Positions 25,601-33,543 of a stretch of 64,000 nucleotides of DNA are shown piece after piece. The DNA is from Candidatus Undinarchaeota archaeon (GTDB lineage: Archaea > SpSt-1190 > JASMDC01). A model generated the notes under the pieces. That model was not told where the DNA came from and made no database searches. It worked only from the letters and a program-made list of their open reading frames with translations. The stretch lies in NCBI GenBank assembly GCA_964519305.1, contig CAZFHY010000001.1:474132-538131 (forward strand), written 5' to 3'. Within the stretch, counting starts at the first letter, position 1, and the number at the start of each line of letters is the position of its first letter. Position numbers and translations under genes: made by a program.

Positions 25601-27777
25601 AGCCCGTTCCCGGTGAGGGTCTAGAGCTCCCCAGCAGAATGATCTGCTGCGAACCAGAGGATGGTGCCGGTTCGGCCTGCATGGTCCCGATGCAAGGCAA
25701 GTGCCCCCGGGGCTTCAAAGCACTGGAGAACGAATGGATCGATCCGGACAGTAAGAACAATTGCATTTCTGATAGAGGCGTACGGCGCCCATTCTGTCGT
25801 GTCGGCCCTACCGATGAAGAAGGTCCGCAATGCGGTGACGGTGAGTGTCAGGAGAACGAGTCACAGGAGACCTGCTGCAAGGACTGTGGGTGCCCAGAGA
25901 ACATGAGCTGCAGGGACGACAGGTGTGTCGCGAGGGCTCCGGACAACACCCGTCAGTGTGCCACGTTCTGCGGCCGGGTGACCGAACCCGAGGTCTGCTC
26001 ATTCGCCTGCATGTCATGCCCGGACTGCACGGACAAGGCCCCACCATGGCCCTGTCTTACTGACTGTGTCAAGGCCGAAACGGGCATCGGTATGTCCGAC
26101 CTGTGCGACAAGCGGTGCTCAAGGTCTAAGGACCCGGATACCTGCAACGCAGTGTGCGGTTCATGTCACAAGTGCTTGTTCATGAAGGACGCCAACAGGT
26201 GTCTTACAAACTGCGCTAAGGACAAGCTTAAAGTGTTCGCCAAGCGGTGTGACGGCATCTGCGATTCCTTCGGCGAGAAGGACGTCTGCAATCCCATCTG
26301 CCGCGATTGTCGCAAGTGCGTAGTCGATCCCGATGACACTTGTGCCGAGGAGTGTGTCAGCGAGCGCCGGGGAACTATGAAGGATGCCTGTGAAGAGGCC
26401 TGCGTCGACGAGGGTCCTGAGTGCGTGGATAAATGCCTCAAGTGCAGGAAGTGTGTCCCTCAGCTCGGTAAGGACGGCCTCCCGGACTGCCTGCGTTCTT
26501 GTCTGGACTCCCAGGGCATGAAAAGGAAGATGCTCGACATGCTCAAGAAGGTCCAGGCAGAGGACGATGACATGGCCCGGAAGCTCCTGGTCGCCAGTGC
26601 CCTGGACGACAAGAAGAAAGAGCGCTTCCACAAGGCCATCGCCGACTCGCGCCACTCCATCAACGACCAGCGAGTCGATGATGCGAAGAAAGCCCTCGAG
26701 GACTTGGAGAAACAGCTGGCCGAGCTCAAGGAGCTCGAGATGAAGGTCAGGGTCCTTGAGAAGAAGGTGACGACGGTCAGGAAGAAGGTCGAGCGCAAGG
26801 ACCTAGCAAAACACGTTTCCATGTTCGTCAAGAACAGGGCCGTCGATGAGGGTGATAACGTCACCGACGATACTGCCGATGACATAGCCAACGACACCGT
26901 TGAGGTAACCGAGGAAGAGATCAACATCACCCTAGAGGCTGAGGTGCTCGAGGTCGAAGAGGGCGAAACCAAGGAGAACGTCAGCGTGTTCACCATCTCG
27001 GTCAAGAACCTCAAGGACAAGAACCTCACTGACGTCACCATTATCCAGTCCATCCCCAAGGAGATCGCGGAGAGCGCATCCGAGCTCGTGTTCGCCGGTG
27101 CTGTGACCATCATCGAGGACGATCCAATCGTTGGATGGGACCTCTCAATGCTCGAAGAGGAGGAAGAACATAAGCTCAGCTTCTCCACGAAGAAGAAGGT
27201 GGACCTTGATGCTATTGCCGACACCGAGACCGCTGCCGTCAAGGTAGCTGTCGAAGAGGTCGAGGTCAACACAATCGAGCAGGAGATGGCATCCGAGGAA
27301 GGAGTGACCGATACTGAGGAGACCAAGCAGGCAATGGTGGAGCGCATCGAGGCCAGCTCCGACCAGCCTACTGGTGCGGTCGCACCTGTCGAGGGAGCGC
27401 CTGACGACAAGCCCGCTGATGAAGCGGCCACCAAGTCCGAGCTTCCCTTCGGGCTGTCGGGCAAGGACCTGCGCGGACTGCTCCTTGTCCTCATGGCGGT
27501 CGTCGTGCTCGTTGCCATGGTGAAGACCGGTATGACCACGGGCGGTACGTCCTCAGTTAGCACGGTCGAGCAGGATCGCCTTGAGGAGGCCTTCGGTCAT
27601 GGTGAGGTCATCTCTGTCGAGGAGGACGGTGACGAGGTCGTCACAAAAGTGGAATCCCCGGTGAAGGTCGAGAAGAAGAAGGGCAAGGAGAAAACCGACA
27701 CCGAGGAGACCGAGGGGGAAACGGAAGAAGACGAAGAAGAGAGTGATGAAGAAGAGGACAAGGGGAAGGCAGAATAA
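22639..27777 (+). CDS. Giant modular Cys-rich cell-surface protein (~1,712 aa)
   Basis: GGAGG RBS + ATG 22639; signal peptide; ~130 Cys in repeated modules; coiled coil; acidic domain (IIQSIPKEIA..IIEDDPIVGW); C-terminal TM; acidic tail. Confidence 0.88.
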   Translation: MKAKAYTTLSIILALFIALGTAAGCDYSAGENCQTKPNICPCDLPEFPNCDPSHADADERGCWGEGGSGGATDCGQHVTQAACDVTGMCKWCEGDSAPNSCFPMEYTCQGSTGGYCGDSNCAGTEGEDCNTCSQDCGCPSGDICKSDGHCSPDTATSGYCGDYSCNPGEDYTTCCKDCKCPDGTLCDTNSNTCVTDTSSSSNDDSGYVCCQPSESGADACRVDLGGACPNGFSHLDNEWVDPYNPANCIYPGPGATNPPFCPADGSGTSSGDYIPPRPPSYDTCGNCHWECMFEDNKPDYECDNQCGSVCDTGTTYQPDPSSEPSDQCQNCLDKCMYEMHRSSTECKGFCEYDCGGADEPTPTPYTSTTDTGDQCDNCMDKCRYEMGRSTSECEGFCEYDCGGGDTGTDDFDTSTPCGQCEYQCEVVERKPVYECDKICAPKCSDSPLFDNECDKCFYQCVEVEGNSEYRCKDRCRPACEGGTEQPSGNECDNCLYKCVEVEGNLEYRCKDRCQPVCGSIPEQHDDCGICTHECEVVERRPTYECKSLCRDVCDVPLDTGDAPDVRIIPTTVRLYEPMNICRGKLSLDDVDMTRSEAFFTAVRPDGAKEGFNIKFDELRYYPFFIHFGTFAVHADESSSLERDAANINIHKTPECGPFPPPDDIGGSDDGGWQPSGDDIPPKPPIYDRCGTCKWKCEFEQNRPEYECRDECGIVCGETEDPWGTDESDEFDLSEPPSYAFRDRPMEGGFVGRPLLLKLNEPVEVCGMQFEALAINPEERVLMIKAVWPDGKAEEVGVDIDQVLAGTMHGLVKHFDTVSLHVPEPDNEEDKPPIARNWAVLAAMIRTDCAPFSLSDLMRGPGEDPTEGPGDGDAIVADIEILDDGRFITKLERGQWTLVCSRRVRYLDLKDGGKVAVVEADTGIRMRELLFRADTFHDEDGREVTDEQRVGLNMVKALKDGFHDGNVLAILVKPDLRCSEELKQQTGEQPVPGEGLELPSRMICCEPEDGAGSACMVPMQGKCPRGFKALENEWIDPDSKNNCISDRGVRRPFCRVGPTDEEGPQCGDGECQENESQETCCKDCGCPENMSCRDDRCVARAPDNTRQCATFCGRVTEPEVCSFACMSCPDCTDKAPPWPCLTDCVKAETGIGMSDLCDKRCSRSKDPDTCNAVCGSCHKCLFMKDANRCLTNCAKDKLKVFAKRCDGICDSFGEKDVCNPICRDCRKCVVDPDDTCAEECVSERRGTMKDACEEACVDEGPECVDKCLKCRKCVPQLGKDGLPDCLRSCLDSQGMKRKMLDMLKKVQAEDDDMARKLLVASALDDKKKERFHKAIADSRHSINDQRVDDAKKALEDLEKQLAELKELEMKVRVLEKKVTTVRKKVERKDLAKHVSMFVKNRAVDEGDNVTDDTADDIANDTVEVTEEEINITLEAEVLEVEEGETKENVSVFTISVKNLKDKNLTDVTIIQSIPKEIAESASELVFAGAVTIIEDDPIVGWDLSMLEEEEEHKLSFSTKKKVDLDAIADTETAAVKVAVEEVEVNTIEQEMASEEGVTDTEETKQAMVERIEASSDQPTGAVAPVEGAPDDKPADEAATKSELPFGLSGKDLRGLLLVLMAVVVLVAMVKTGMTTGGTSSVSTVEQDRLEEAFGHGEVISVEEDGDEVVTKVESPVKVEKKKGKEKTDTEETEGETEEDEEESDEEEDKGKAE
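23488..24297 (+). repeat. Seven tandem C-x2-C-x3-C-x10-C-x3-C-x3-C protein repeats (eighth copy ~24703-24783)
   Basis: e.g. CQNCLDKCMYEMHRSSTECKGFCEYDC / CDNCMDKCRYEMGRSTSECEGFCEYDC / CDKCFYQCVEVEGNSEYRCKDRCRPAC. Confidence 0.9.
25957..26502 (+). repeat. Four tandem 8-Cys protein repeats (CxxxC..CxxxCxxCxxC..CxxxC)
   Basis: CATFC..CSFACMSCPDC..CLTDC; CDKRC..CNAVCGSCHKC..CLTNC; CDGIC..CNPICRDCRKC..CAEEC; CEEAC..CVDKCLKCRKC..CLRSC. Confidence 0.88.
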
Positions 27778-27911
27778 CCTCCCCTTGTGCCCTCTCCGAG
27801 GAACCCCCGCTGTTAAAGGATAGACTTATAAGCCGGATACCGCGACCAGCCCTGACATAATGTGTCACGGCGTCGCTTTCCGAAATGTATATAAGCGTCC
27901 AGAGACATATA

Positions 27912-27931
27912 TTACTACTCTACGGGGGTAA
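27912..27931. promoter_or_regulatory. Candidate TrmB-type operator upstream of GH15-like gene
   Basis: TTACTACTCTACGGGGGTAA, 15/20 identical to TTACTACTCAACAGTAGTTA at 38658; lies between TATA (TGTATATAAG ~27886) and ATG. Confidence 0.45.
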
Positions 27932-27939
27932 CAAAAGAA

Positions 27940-29934
27940 ATGGAAATGCAAGCGTCCGGTGATGTGGCCGGCGGTGGATTGACCGGCCAGGGTGTCGAGG
28001 GAGGTCCCCATTTCTTCTACACCGACGTCAACGGTACCCGCGTAGAGAACTATCAGACCGATTTGGACGCCATCGTAGGCAACCTGGGCGGCGATTTCAA
28101 GTATGGGGTGTCACCCCAGGGCTATGTCGCGACCTTGCTCGATGGAGATGCTTCCTGCCATTCGCTTGAGTACGGCGGCAGGCAGGTGCACAATACCGTA
28201 AACGGCATCCTGGAGCTACGTCCGGTCAAGGGCGGCGATGAGCTCTCGGCCACGGAGCTGGAGTACGCCCAAGAGGGTGATACATACCTCCCCATCGTGA
28301 AAGCGACCTACGGCGACGTCGCCACTGGTGAATTCTTCTCAACAACCGACGGTATAGGTGTAGCGCGCTACCATGGTAAGGACGTCGACACTGTCAAGGA
28401 TCCTCGTGTATTCATCCGCAACGAGTCCAGCCCCAACGTCTATCTGAAGCAGACCGACGCTCAGGCGCGAACGGGGACCGTCGACATCGACGGTGACTCC
28501 CAGTCGTACTTCGTCGAGATCAACCACATGAAGGGCGATACCTGGGGCGAGAACCGCGCGATCATCACGCTCACCTATGACAAGGACGGGGAGCACAACG
28601 TCCTCTTCGCCATGAGCCCGTACAAGGACGCGGACTCCATGGCCTCCCGCATGATCGAGAAGGTCGGTAAGATCGACCAAGAGATGGAGAAGGCCAAGGG
28701 TCAGTATTCCAAGATCATGAAGGAAAAGGGTATCGATGTGTTCGGTACGTTCATCGACCATCTGGAGAATGTCGTAGACACCTACGGGGGCATCCCCCAG
28801 CGTATCCGTATCGACGGCAAGCCCGCCTCCACATGGGGCGAGCAGGTCGACCAGTTCGCGATCCCGCTATCGACCATCCGCGAGGTCGGCGAGGGTATCG
28901 GCCGCGCCGCGCCCGCCCGCCGCACCGAGGAGCACGACCGCCTGTACAATGTGGGCGAGCTCCTGGAGGTCATGCACTTCTTCCCAAAGCACGCCACGTT
29001 CTCGGCGAGTCTGCCCTTCGACGCCACCGCGGTCCCCCTGCAGTCCACTGACGGGAAGATCCGCTACACCGCTTCCGGTGGCTACGGCGGCATGGAGTGG
29101 CCCGGCCGGGACGGCGCCCACATCGCAGGTGACCTGGCCCGGGACGGCTGGCACCGGTTCTCCTCAAAGCAGGACCTGTACAAGGAGTCCTGGCCGCTTG
29201 TCGAGAAGCTCGTCGGCAAGCTCGAGGAGAAGATGGGCCCCAATAACGAGGTCCCTTGGTCCTTCTGCCCCTGGGAACACTTCGCAGGTAAGCTCTCATA
29301 TGTAGGTATCGAGGTGAGCCAGGGACTGAGGAACGCTGCCCACATCGCCGAGGAGCTCGGGTACACCGACAAGGCCCGCGACTGGGAGAACAAGGCCGAC
29401 ATTCTCAAGCAGAAGACAATCGACCAGTTCTGGAACAACGACCAGGGCTACTTCATTCGCGAGGAGCACGACGGACACCTGGACGCATCGCCCAACATGT
29501 CCGCCATCCTCAACGGATTCCTGGACCTCTCTAAGGACAACGAGCGCAACATGGCCGAGCGCATCCTGGCGGCCGTGGACCCGCGCTCCGCGGAGTTCGG
29601 CGGCATCCTCCGCATGGAGGACGAGTACTACATCGGTCGCAACCCGTGGTTCGTGTGCACCGGTCAGTACGTCCAGGCGACCGAGAAGCTGGCCAAGGCC
29701 GAGGACGCAGCCGGTGACAGGGGCGCTGCCCAAGTCTACCGCGATGTTGCTGACGGATTCATCTCCTGGATGGAGGAGCACCAGAACGACTCGGGCACCT
29801 ACCCCGAGCAGAAGATGTTCCACCAGCCACCACGGACCGACGACGGCTCCAATATCCCACCCCTTGAAGGCTGGACACTGCTCCCCTGGTCCGAGGTAGA
29901 GGTCCGCAAGGCCCTTATCGCCCGGGACGAGTAA
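27940..29934 (+). CDS. Divergent GH15-like six-hairpin glycoside hydrolase
   Basis: SAS..GGYGGMEWPGRD, WGEQVDQ, PWEH (acid), FWN..GYFIR, LDAS, GGILRMEDEYY, NPWFVCT, GTYPEQ (base), LPWS; first two repeat units in swapped order. Confidence 0.8.
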   Translation: MEMQASGDVAGGGLTGQGVEGGPHFFYTDVNGTRVENYQTDLDAIVGNLGGDFKYGVSPQGYVATLLDGDASCHSLEYGGRQVHNTVNGILELRPVKGGDELSATELEYAQEGDTYLPIVKATYGDVATGEFFSTTDGIGVARYHGKDVDTVKDPRVFIRNESSPNVYLKQTDAQARTGTVDIDGDSQSYFVEINHMKGDTWGENRAIITLTYDKDGEHNVLFAMSPYKDADSMASRMIEKVGKIDQEMEKAKGQYSKIMKEKGIDVFGTFIDHLENVVDTYGGIPQRIRIDGKPASTWGEQVDQFAIPLSTIREVGEGIGRAAPARRTEEHDRLYNVGELLEVMHFFPKHATFSASLPFDATAVPLQSTDGKIRYTASGGYGGMEWPGRDGAHIAGDLARDGWHRFSSKQDLYKESWPLVEKLVGKLEEKMGPNNEVPWSFCPWEHFAGKLSYVGIEVSQGLRNAAHIAEELGYTDKARDWENKADILKQKTIDQFWNNDQGYFIREEHDGHLDASPNMSAILNGFLDLSKDNERNMAERILAAVDPRSAEFGGILRMEDEYYIGRNPWFVCTGQYVQATEKLAKAEDAAGDRGAAQVYRDVADGFISWMEEHQNDSGTYPEQKMFHQPPRTDDGSNIPPLEGWTLLPWSEVEVRKALIARDE

Positions 29935-30025
29935 CTCCACAGGCCTTCTGTGAACGACCGTCCAGTCCTTGGAGCGTTATTCTCTATATAGGGGCGCCTC
30001 TGAGTTGAAGTGGACCGATAGGCGT

Positions 30026-30637
30026 CTATCCGTGCCGCGGGTCCCTATGACGCCGATGGGACACGATGCGGGCCATCTTCTCGTTCTCGACCCTGAGCTG
30101 GTCCCGCTCTGCAGAGAGCTTGGCGACCTTGTCCACTGTCTGGGACATGGTGAGATCGGCCTCATGTACCTTCTTACAGGCCGAAGATAGTCCGCTGACC
30201 TCGCGCCGCATTGCGGCCATGTCCTTAGCGAGCCCCTCCATTTCCCCACCCAGGCGCTGTGTGCGTTCAACGCCCTGAGCAAGGCGACCGACCTGATCCT
30301 CGACTGACTGGACCACACGCTCTTCGATGGCCCCGGCGACGGCCTCGCAGAGACCTTCCCGCACCACGCCGAGTTCGGCCAGCTCTCGTCGCAATCGACG
30401 CATCCCATCCTCCACGTCCTTGGAGAGAGCTGCAGTGCGCTCAAGCTGAGCGGCCTCCTGCTCAAGGCCTTTGGAGAGCCTCGTGTCCAGTTCATCGACG
30501 CGTTGCTCCATGGCCTCAACGCGGTCGACCATACCACTAAGCTTCTGGTCGATGGATTGGACTGCCTTCAGCACCTTGGAAGCAGCCTCATCGCTATGAC
30601 GCATTGCTTCAAGCGAACCCTTGAGCGTACCGTACAT
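30026..30637 (-). CDS. Hypothetical coiled-coil protein
   Basis: 203 aa heptad-rich; GGGGGTGG RBS-like site; co-oriented 14 bp after 30652-31056. Confidence 0.75.
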   Translation of the reverse strand: MYGTLKGSLEAMRHSDEAASKVLKAVQSIDQKLSGMVDRVEAMEQRVDELDTRLSKGLEQEAAQLERTAALSKDVEDGMRRLRRELAELGVVREGLCEAVAGAIEERVVQSVEDQVGRLAQGVERTQRLGGEMEGLAKDMAAMRREVSGLSSACKKVHEADLTMSQTVDKVAKLSAERDQLRVENEKMARIVSHRRHRDPRHG

Positions 30638-30651
30638 GACAGGCCACCCCC

Positions 30652-31056
30652 CTATGAAGAGGTCTTCTCCCGGCGGAGCTTGGGTGTCGCCTTCTCACGC
30701 CTGGACTCCAGCGCGGCCTCGATGTTCACGATCTCCCCACGAACGGTCCCAACAAATTGGGCGAGGTTCTGGAGGAAAGAACGCTGACGCTCGGTCTTGA
30801 GCTCGTCCCATCGCGTATCCTTAAGGCGGTCGAGCACATTCAGGGCAGCATCGATCACTGGATCGAAAGCGACCGACCGGCCCAGCAGCTCAGATCCCAG
30901 GTTCTCGAGCGTTTGGCTTCCTTGACGGACGACCTCCAGGTTCCGTCGAAGCTCGTACTGGTCGGCATCATCGATGCCCGAAGGAATCCTCTTGGCGGTG
31001 GCGTCGAAAGCGGCGATGGCCTTGGAAAGGACATCCAGAGCGTCTTTCCGTCCCAT
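30652..31056 (-). CDS. Hypothetical helical protein
   Basis: 134 aa; promoter AAAACGTTTTTATC ~24 nt upstream. Confidence 0.7.
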   Translation of the reverse strand: MGRKDALDVLSKAIAAFDATAKRIPSGIDDADQYELRRNLEVVRQGSQTLENLGSELLGRSVAFDPVIDAALNVLDRLKDTRWDELKTERQRSFLQNLAQFVGTVRGEIVNIEAALESRREKATPKLRREKTSS

Positions 31057-31223
31057 GGTCAGTCATAAGCGACGAGGAGATAAAAACGTTTTGGCCGCGC
31101 GACGTGCGAAATAGTTATCATCATCGTGAACGGTGTACAGCACCCCAATGATGCCTGTTTCTTCCGCACCTCTTGGAAAGCCATAAAAAGCCTATGCATT
31201 TGACAGTCTACAGGTGTGAGACC

Positions 31224-31364
31224 GTGAAATTCTGCCTCTGCAAGGTCTGCTTCATGAGCCAGAGGTACTGTCTGTGCGATATCTGCCACAACTACCTCAC
31301 GAAGAAGTGCAACAACCGCATGCGCCGCATGAAATGCAAGGTCAAGCGGTTCTTGTTAAAGTGA
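31224..31364 (+). CDS. Small basic Cys-rich protein (46 aa), probable zinc-binding microprotein
   Basis: GTG 31224 after AGGTG RBS and ATAAAAA box; MKFCLCKVCFMSQRYCLCDICHNYLTKKCNNRMRRMKCKVKRFLLK; most codons end in C/G like neighbouring genes. Confidence 0.65.
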   Translation: MKFCLCKVCFMSQRYCLCDICHNYLTKKCNNRMRRMKCKVKRFLLK

Positions 31365-31502
31365 CACCAGGTCAAGGTACGTCACGGTATCCGACCCTGG
31401 CGGGAGGTCGCAGCCAAATATACACTTATCGCTGCGAGAACGTGCCTACAGGGCCCAAGCTCTCCGAAACTTTTAAAAATTGACATCTCGTCGAGGATAC
31501 TT

Positions 31503-31530
31503 ACCCGACGCACTGCTTCGGCAGGAGGGT
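31503..31530 (+). promoter_or_regulatory. uL1-binding autoregulatory RNA hairpin in rpl1 5' UTR
   Basis: ACCC-GACGCA-CUGC-UUCG-GCAG-GA-GGGU: 2x6 internal loop like the uL1 site, covers SD GGAGGG; promoter CGAAACTTTTAAAA at ~31464. Confidence 0.7.
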
Positions 31531-31534
31531 CCCT

Positions 31535-32185
31535 ATGGAAAAAACACATTACGTTGAGGCGATTAAAAAGGCCCGCGAGGGCAAGACGCGCCGTTTCCCA
31601 CAATCTTTCGACCTTGCTGTTTCTCTTCGGCATATTGACCTGAAGAAACCCCAGAACAAGATCGATACGGAGCTCACGCTCCCGCATGGTCGCGGCAAGG
31701 ACATCTCTGTCGCCATGATCGCTGATGGCGAACTGGCCAAGAAGGCCTCGAAGTTCGTCCAGCACATCATCTCTCCCGACGAACTTGGCAAACTCGGTAA
31801 GAACCGCAAGAACGCCAAGAAGATTGCCGGACAGTACGATTTCTTCGTGGTCCAGGTCAATCTTATGCAGAACTTCGCAAAGAGCCTTGGTCCCGTGCTA
31901 GGTCCCCGGGGAAAGATGCCCAAACCGAGCCAGATCATACCGCCACAGGGGGATCCCGAGGCGGTCGTCAAGGGTCTTAAGAACAAGATCAGGCTCTCCA
32001 TGAAGAGCCAACCGGTCCTTCACGCATTCGTAGGCCACGAGTCCCAGAAGGACGAGGACGTCGCTGAAAACGTCCTTGCAGTGGTCAACTTCCTAGAGCA
32101 CAAGCTGGAGAATCCTGTCCACCAGATCCACTCGATCTATATCAAGATGACCATGGGTCCGGCAATCCGGATAGGTGGTGAATGA
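31535..32185 (+). CDS. rpl1: 50S ribosomal protein uL1
   Basis: RRFPQSFDL, LPHGRG, LGPVLGPRGKMPKP, KMTMGP. Confidence 0.97.
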   Translation: MEKTHYVEAIKKAREGKTRRFPQSFDLAVSLRHIDLKKPQNKIDTELTLPHGRGKDISVAMIADGELAKKASKFVQHIISPDELGKLGKNRKNAKKIAGQYDFFVVQVNLMQNFAKSLGPVLGPRGKMPKPSQIIPPQGDPEAVVKGLKNKIRLSMKSQPVLHAFVGHESQKDEDVAENVLAVVNFLEHKLENPVHQIHSIYIKMTMGPAIRIGGE

Positions 32186-33203
32186 AGTGGTCAAGCAGTG
32201 GAAGGTAGAGAAGGTGGACGAACTCCAGAAGGCGTTCATCAGCAGCCCCACGACCGCGATCGTGAACGTTCATGGGATCCCTGCTCCCCAGATGCAGGGC
32301 ATCCGGGCCGGTCTCAAGGACAAGGTCACCATCACCATGACGCGCAAGCGCATCATTTCGCGCGCGCTCAAGAACGTACCGGGCAAGGAGAAGCTCGCGG
32401 AGCTCGTCGAACACATGAAGGGCGAGACCGCGATAGTGCTCACTGCTCTAAATCCATTCAAGCTATTCAAGGCGTTGGAGGCCAGCAAGGTCAAATCGCC
32501 GGCCAAGGCCGGACAGACGGCGCCGTGTGACATATACGTTCCCGAGGGTGACACAGGCTACCCTCCCGGCCCCATGATCGGAGAGCTGGGGAGGCATGGC
32601 ATCAAGTCTGCCGTGCAGAAAGGTACGATCCACGTCACTAAAGAGAAGCTCATGGTCAAGGAGGGTGAGGTCATCGTCGAGGACATGGCGGACATCCTCT
32701 CCAAGCTCCACGTAGAGCCTATGGAGCTCGGTCTTGATCTCAGGGCTGCGTTCGAGGACGGGATAATCTTCCCCCACGACGCCCTTATCATCGATGAGGC
32801 CGCATTCATCAGTGATATCATGATGGCCCAGACATGGGCCATGAACCTGGCCATAAACCAGGGTATCATGAACAGTGAGACGAGCGCCCCGCTGCTTTCC
32901 AAGGCATACCGGGACGCCATCGCTCTCGCATCCCACATCGCATTCCTTACGCCGGAAACGGCGGAGGCTATCCTCCAGAAGGCGAACGCACAGTGTCTCT
33001 CCCTTGCCAGCGAGATCGCTGGTAAGGACCCTGCGGCACTGAGCGATGAGGCAACGGCCGCACTGTCGGCCCAGCCCGCCGCTCCGGCGAGTGCCGGACC
33101 CTCCGCCGGGGAGGCCACGGAGAAGACCGAGGCCCCCTCGGAAGAGGAGGAGGAGAAAAAGGAAGAAGAGGCCGTTAGTGGCCTAGGAGCATTATTCGGG
33201 TGA
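32175..33203 (+). CDS. rplP0: 50S ribosomal protein uL10 (P0)
   Basis: [30 protein letters not shown], acidic tail GLGALFG. Confidence 0.97.
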   Translation: MVNEVVKQWKVEKVDELQKAFISSPTTAIVNVHGIPAPQMQGIRAGLKDKVTITMTRKRIISRALKNVPGKEKLAELVEHMKGETAIVLTALNPFKLFKALEASKVKSPAKAGQTAPCDIYVPEGDTGYPPGPMIGELGRHGIKSAVQKGTIHVTKEKLMVKEGEVIVEDMADILSKLHVEPMELGLDLRAAFEDGIIFPHDALIIDEAAFISDIMMAQTWAMNLAINQGIMNSETSAPLLSKAYRDAIALASHIAFLTPETAEAILQKANAQCLSLASEIAGKDPAALSDEATAALSAQPAAPASAGPSAGEATEKTEAPSEEEEEKKEEEAVSGLGALFG

Positions 33204-33207
33204 TACT

Positions 33208-33519
33208 ATGGAATACGTCTACGCTGCCATGTTGCTGCACAAGGCGGGAAAAGAGATTAACGAGGCCAACCTGAAGAAGGTCGTCACCTCGACCGGCGCG
33301 AAGGCCGACGAGACGAGGATCAAGGCGCTTGTGTCCGCCCTCGAGGGCGTTGACATCGCTGAGGTCATCGACAAGGCTGTCCTTGTGCCTACGGCCGCTG
33401 CCGCGGCCCCCGCCGCCACCGACGCCGCTCCCGCTGCGGAGAAGGCTGAGGAAAAAGAAGAAGAGACTGAAGCAAAAGCTGAAGAGGCCGTCGCTGGCCT
33501 AGGCGCCCTGTTCGGGTAA
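33208..33519 (+). CDS. rpl12: 50S ribosomal stalk protein P1/L12
   Basis: [11 protein letters not shown], Ala-rich hinge, GLGALFG. Confidence 0.97.
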   Translation: MEYVYAAMLLHKAGKEINEANLKKVVTSTGAKADETRIKALVSALEGVDIAEVIDKAVLVPTAAAAAPAATDAAPAAEKAEEKEEETEAKAEEAVAGLGALFG

Positions 33520-33543
33520 GCCCCTAGAACCAGGGATGCACTC

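Noticed and set aside
23488-26170. CxxCH motifs (CGNCH, CGSCH) in the giant protein, and CDICH in the 46-aa peptide, suggesting cytochrome c
   Set aside because: Sister repeats have other residues at the His position; a few hits are expected among so many CxxC motifs.
22727-27563. Long alternative-frame and antisense ORFs (e.g. 396, 362 and 367 aa)
   Set aside because: Shadows of GC-biased real genes; no motifs or expression signals.
31058-31126. Minus-strand ATGATGA...CTGA as a second C/D RNA
   Set aside because: The interval contains the promoter of the 31056 gene and has no terminal stem or internal boxes.
31571-31582. GCCC-GCGA-GGGC hairpin inside rpl1 at the Methanococcales operator position
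   Set aside because: It lacks the asymmetric GA loop; the 5' UTR hairpin fits far better.
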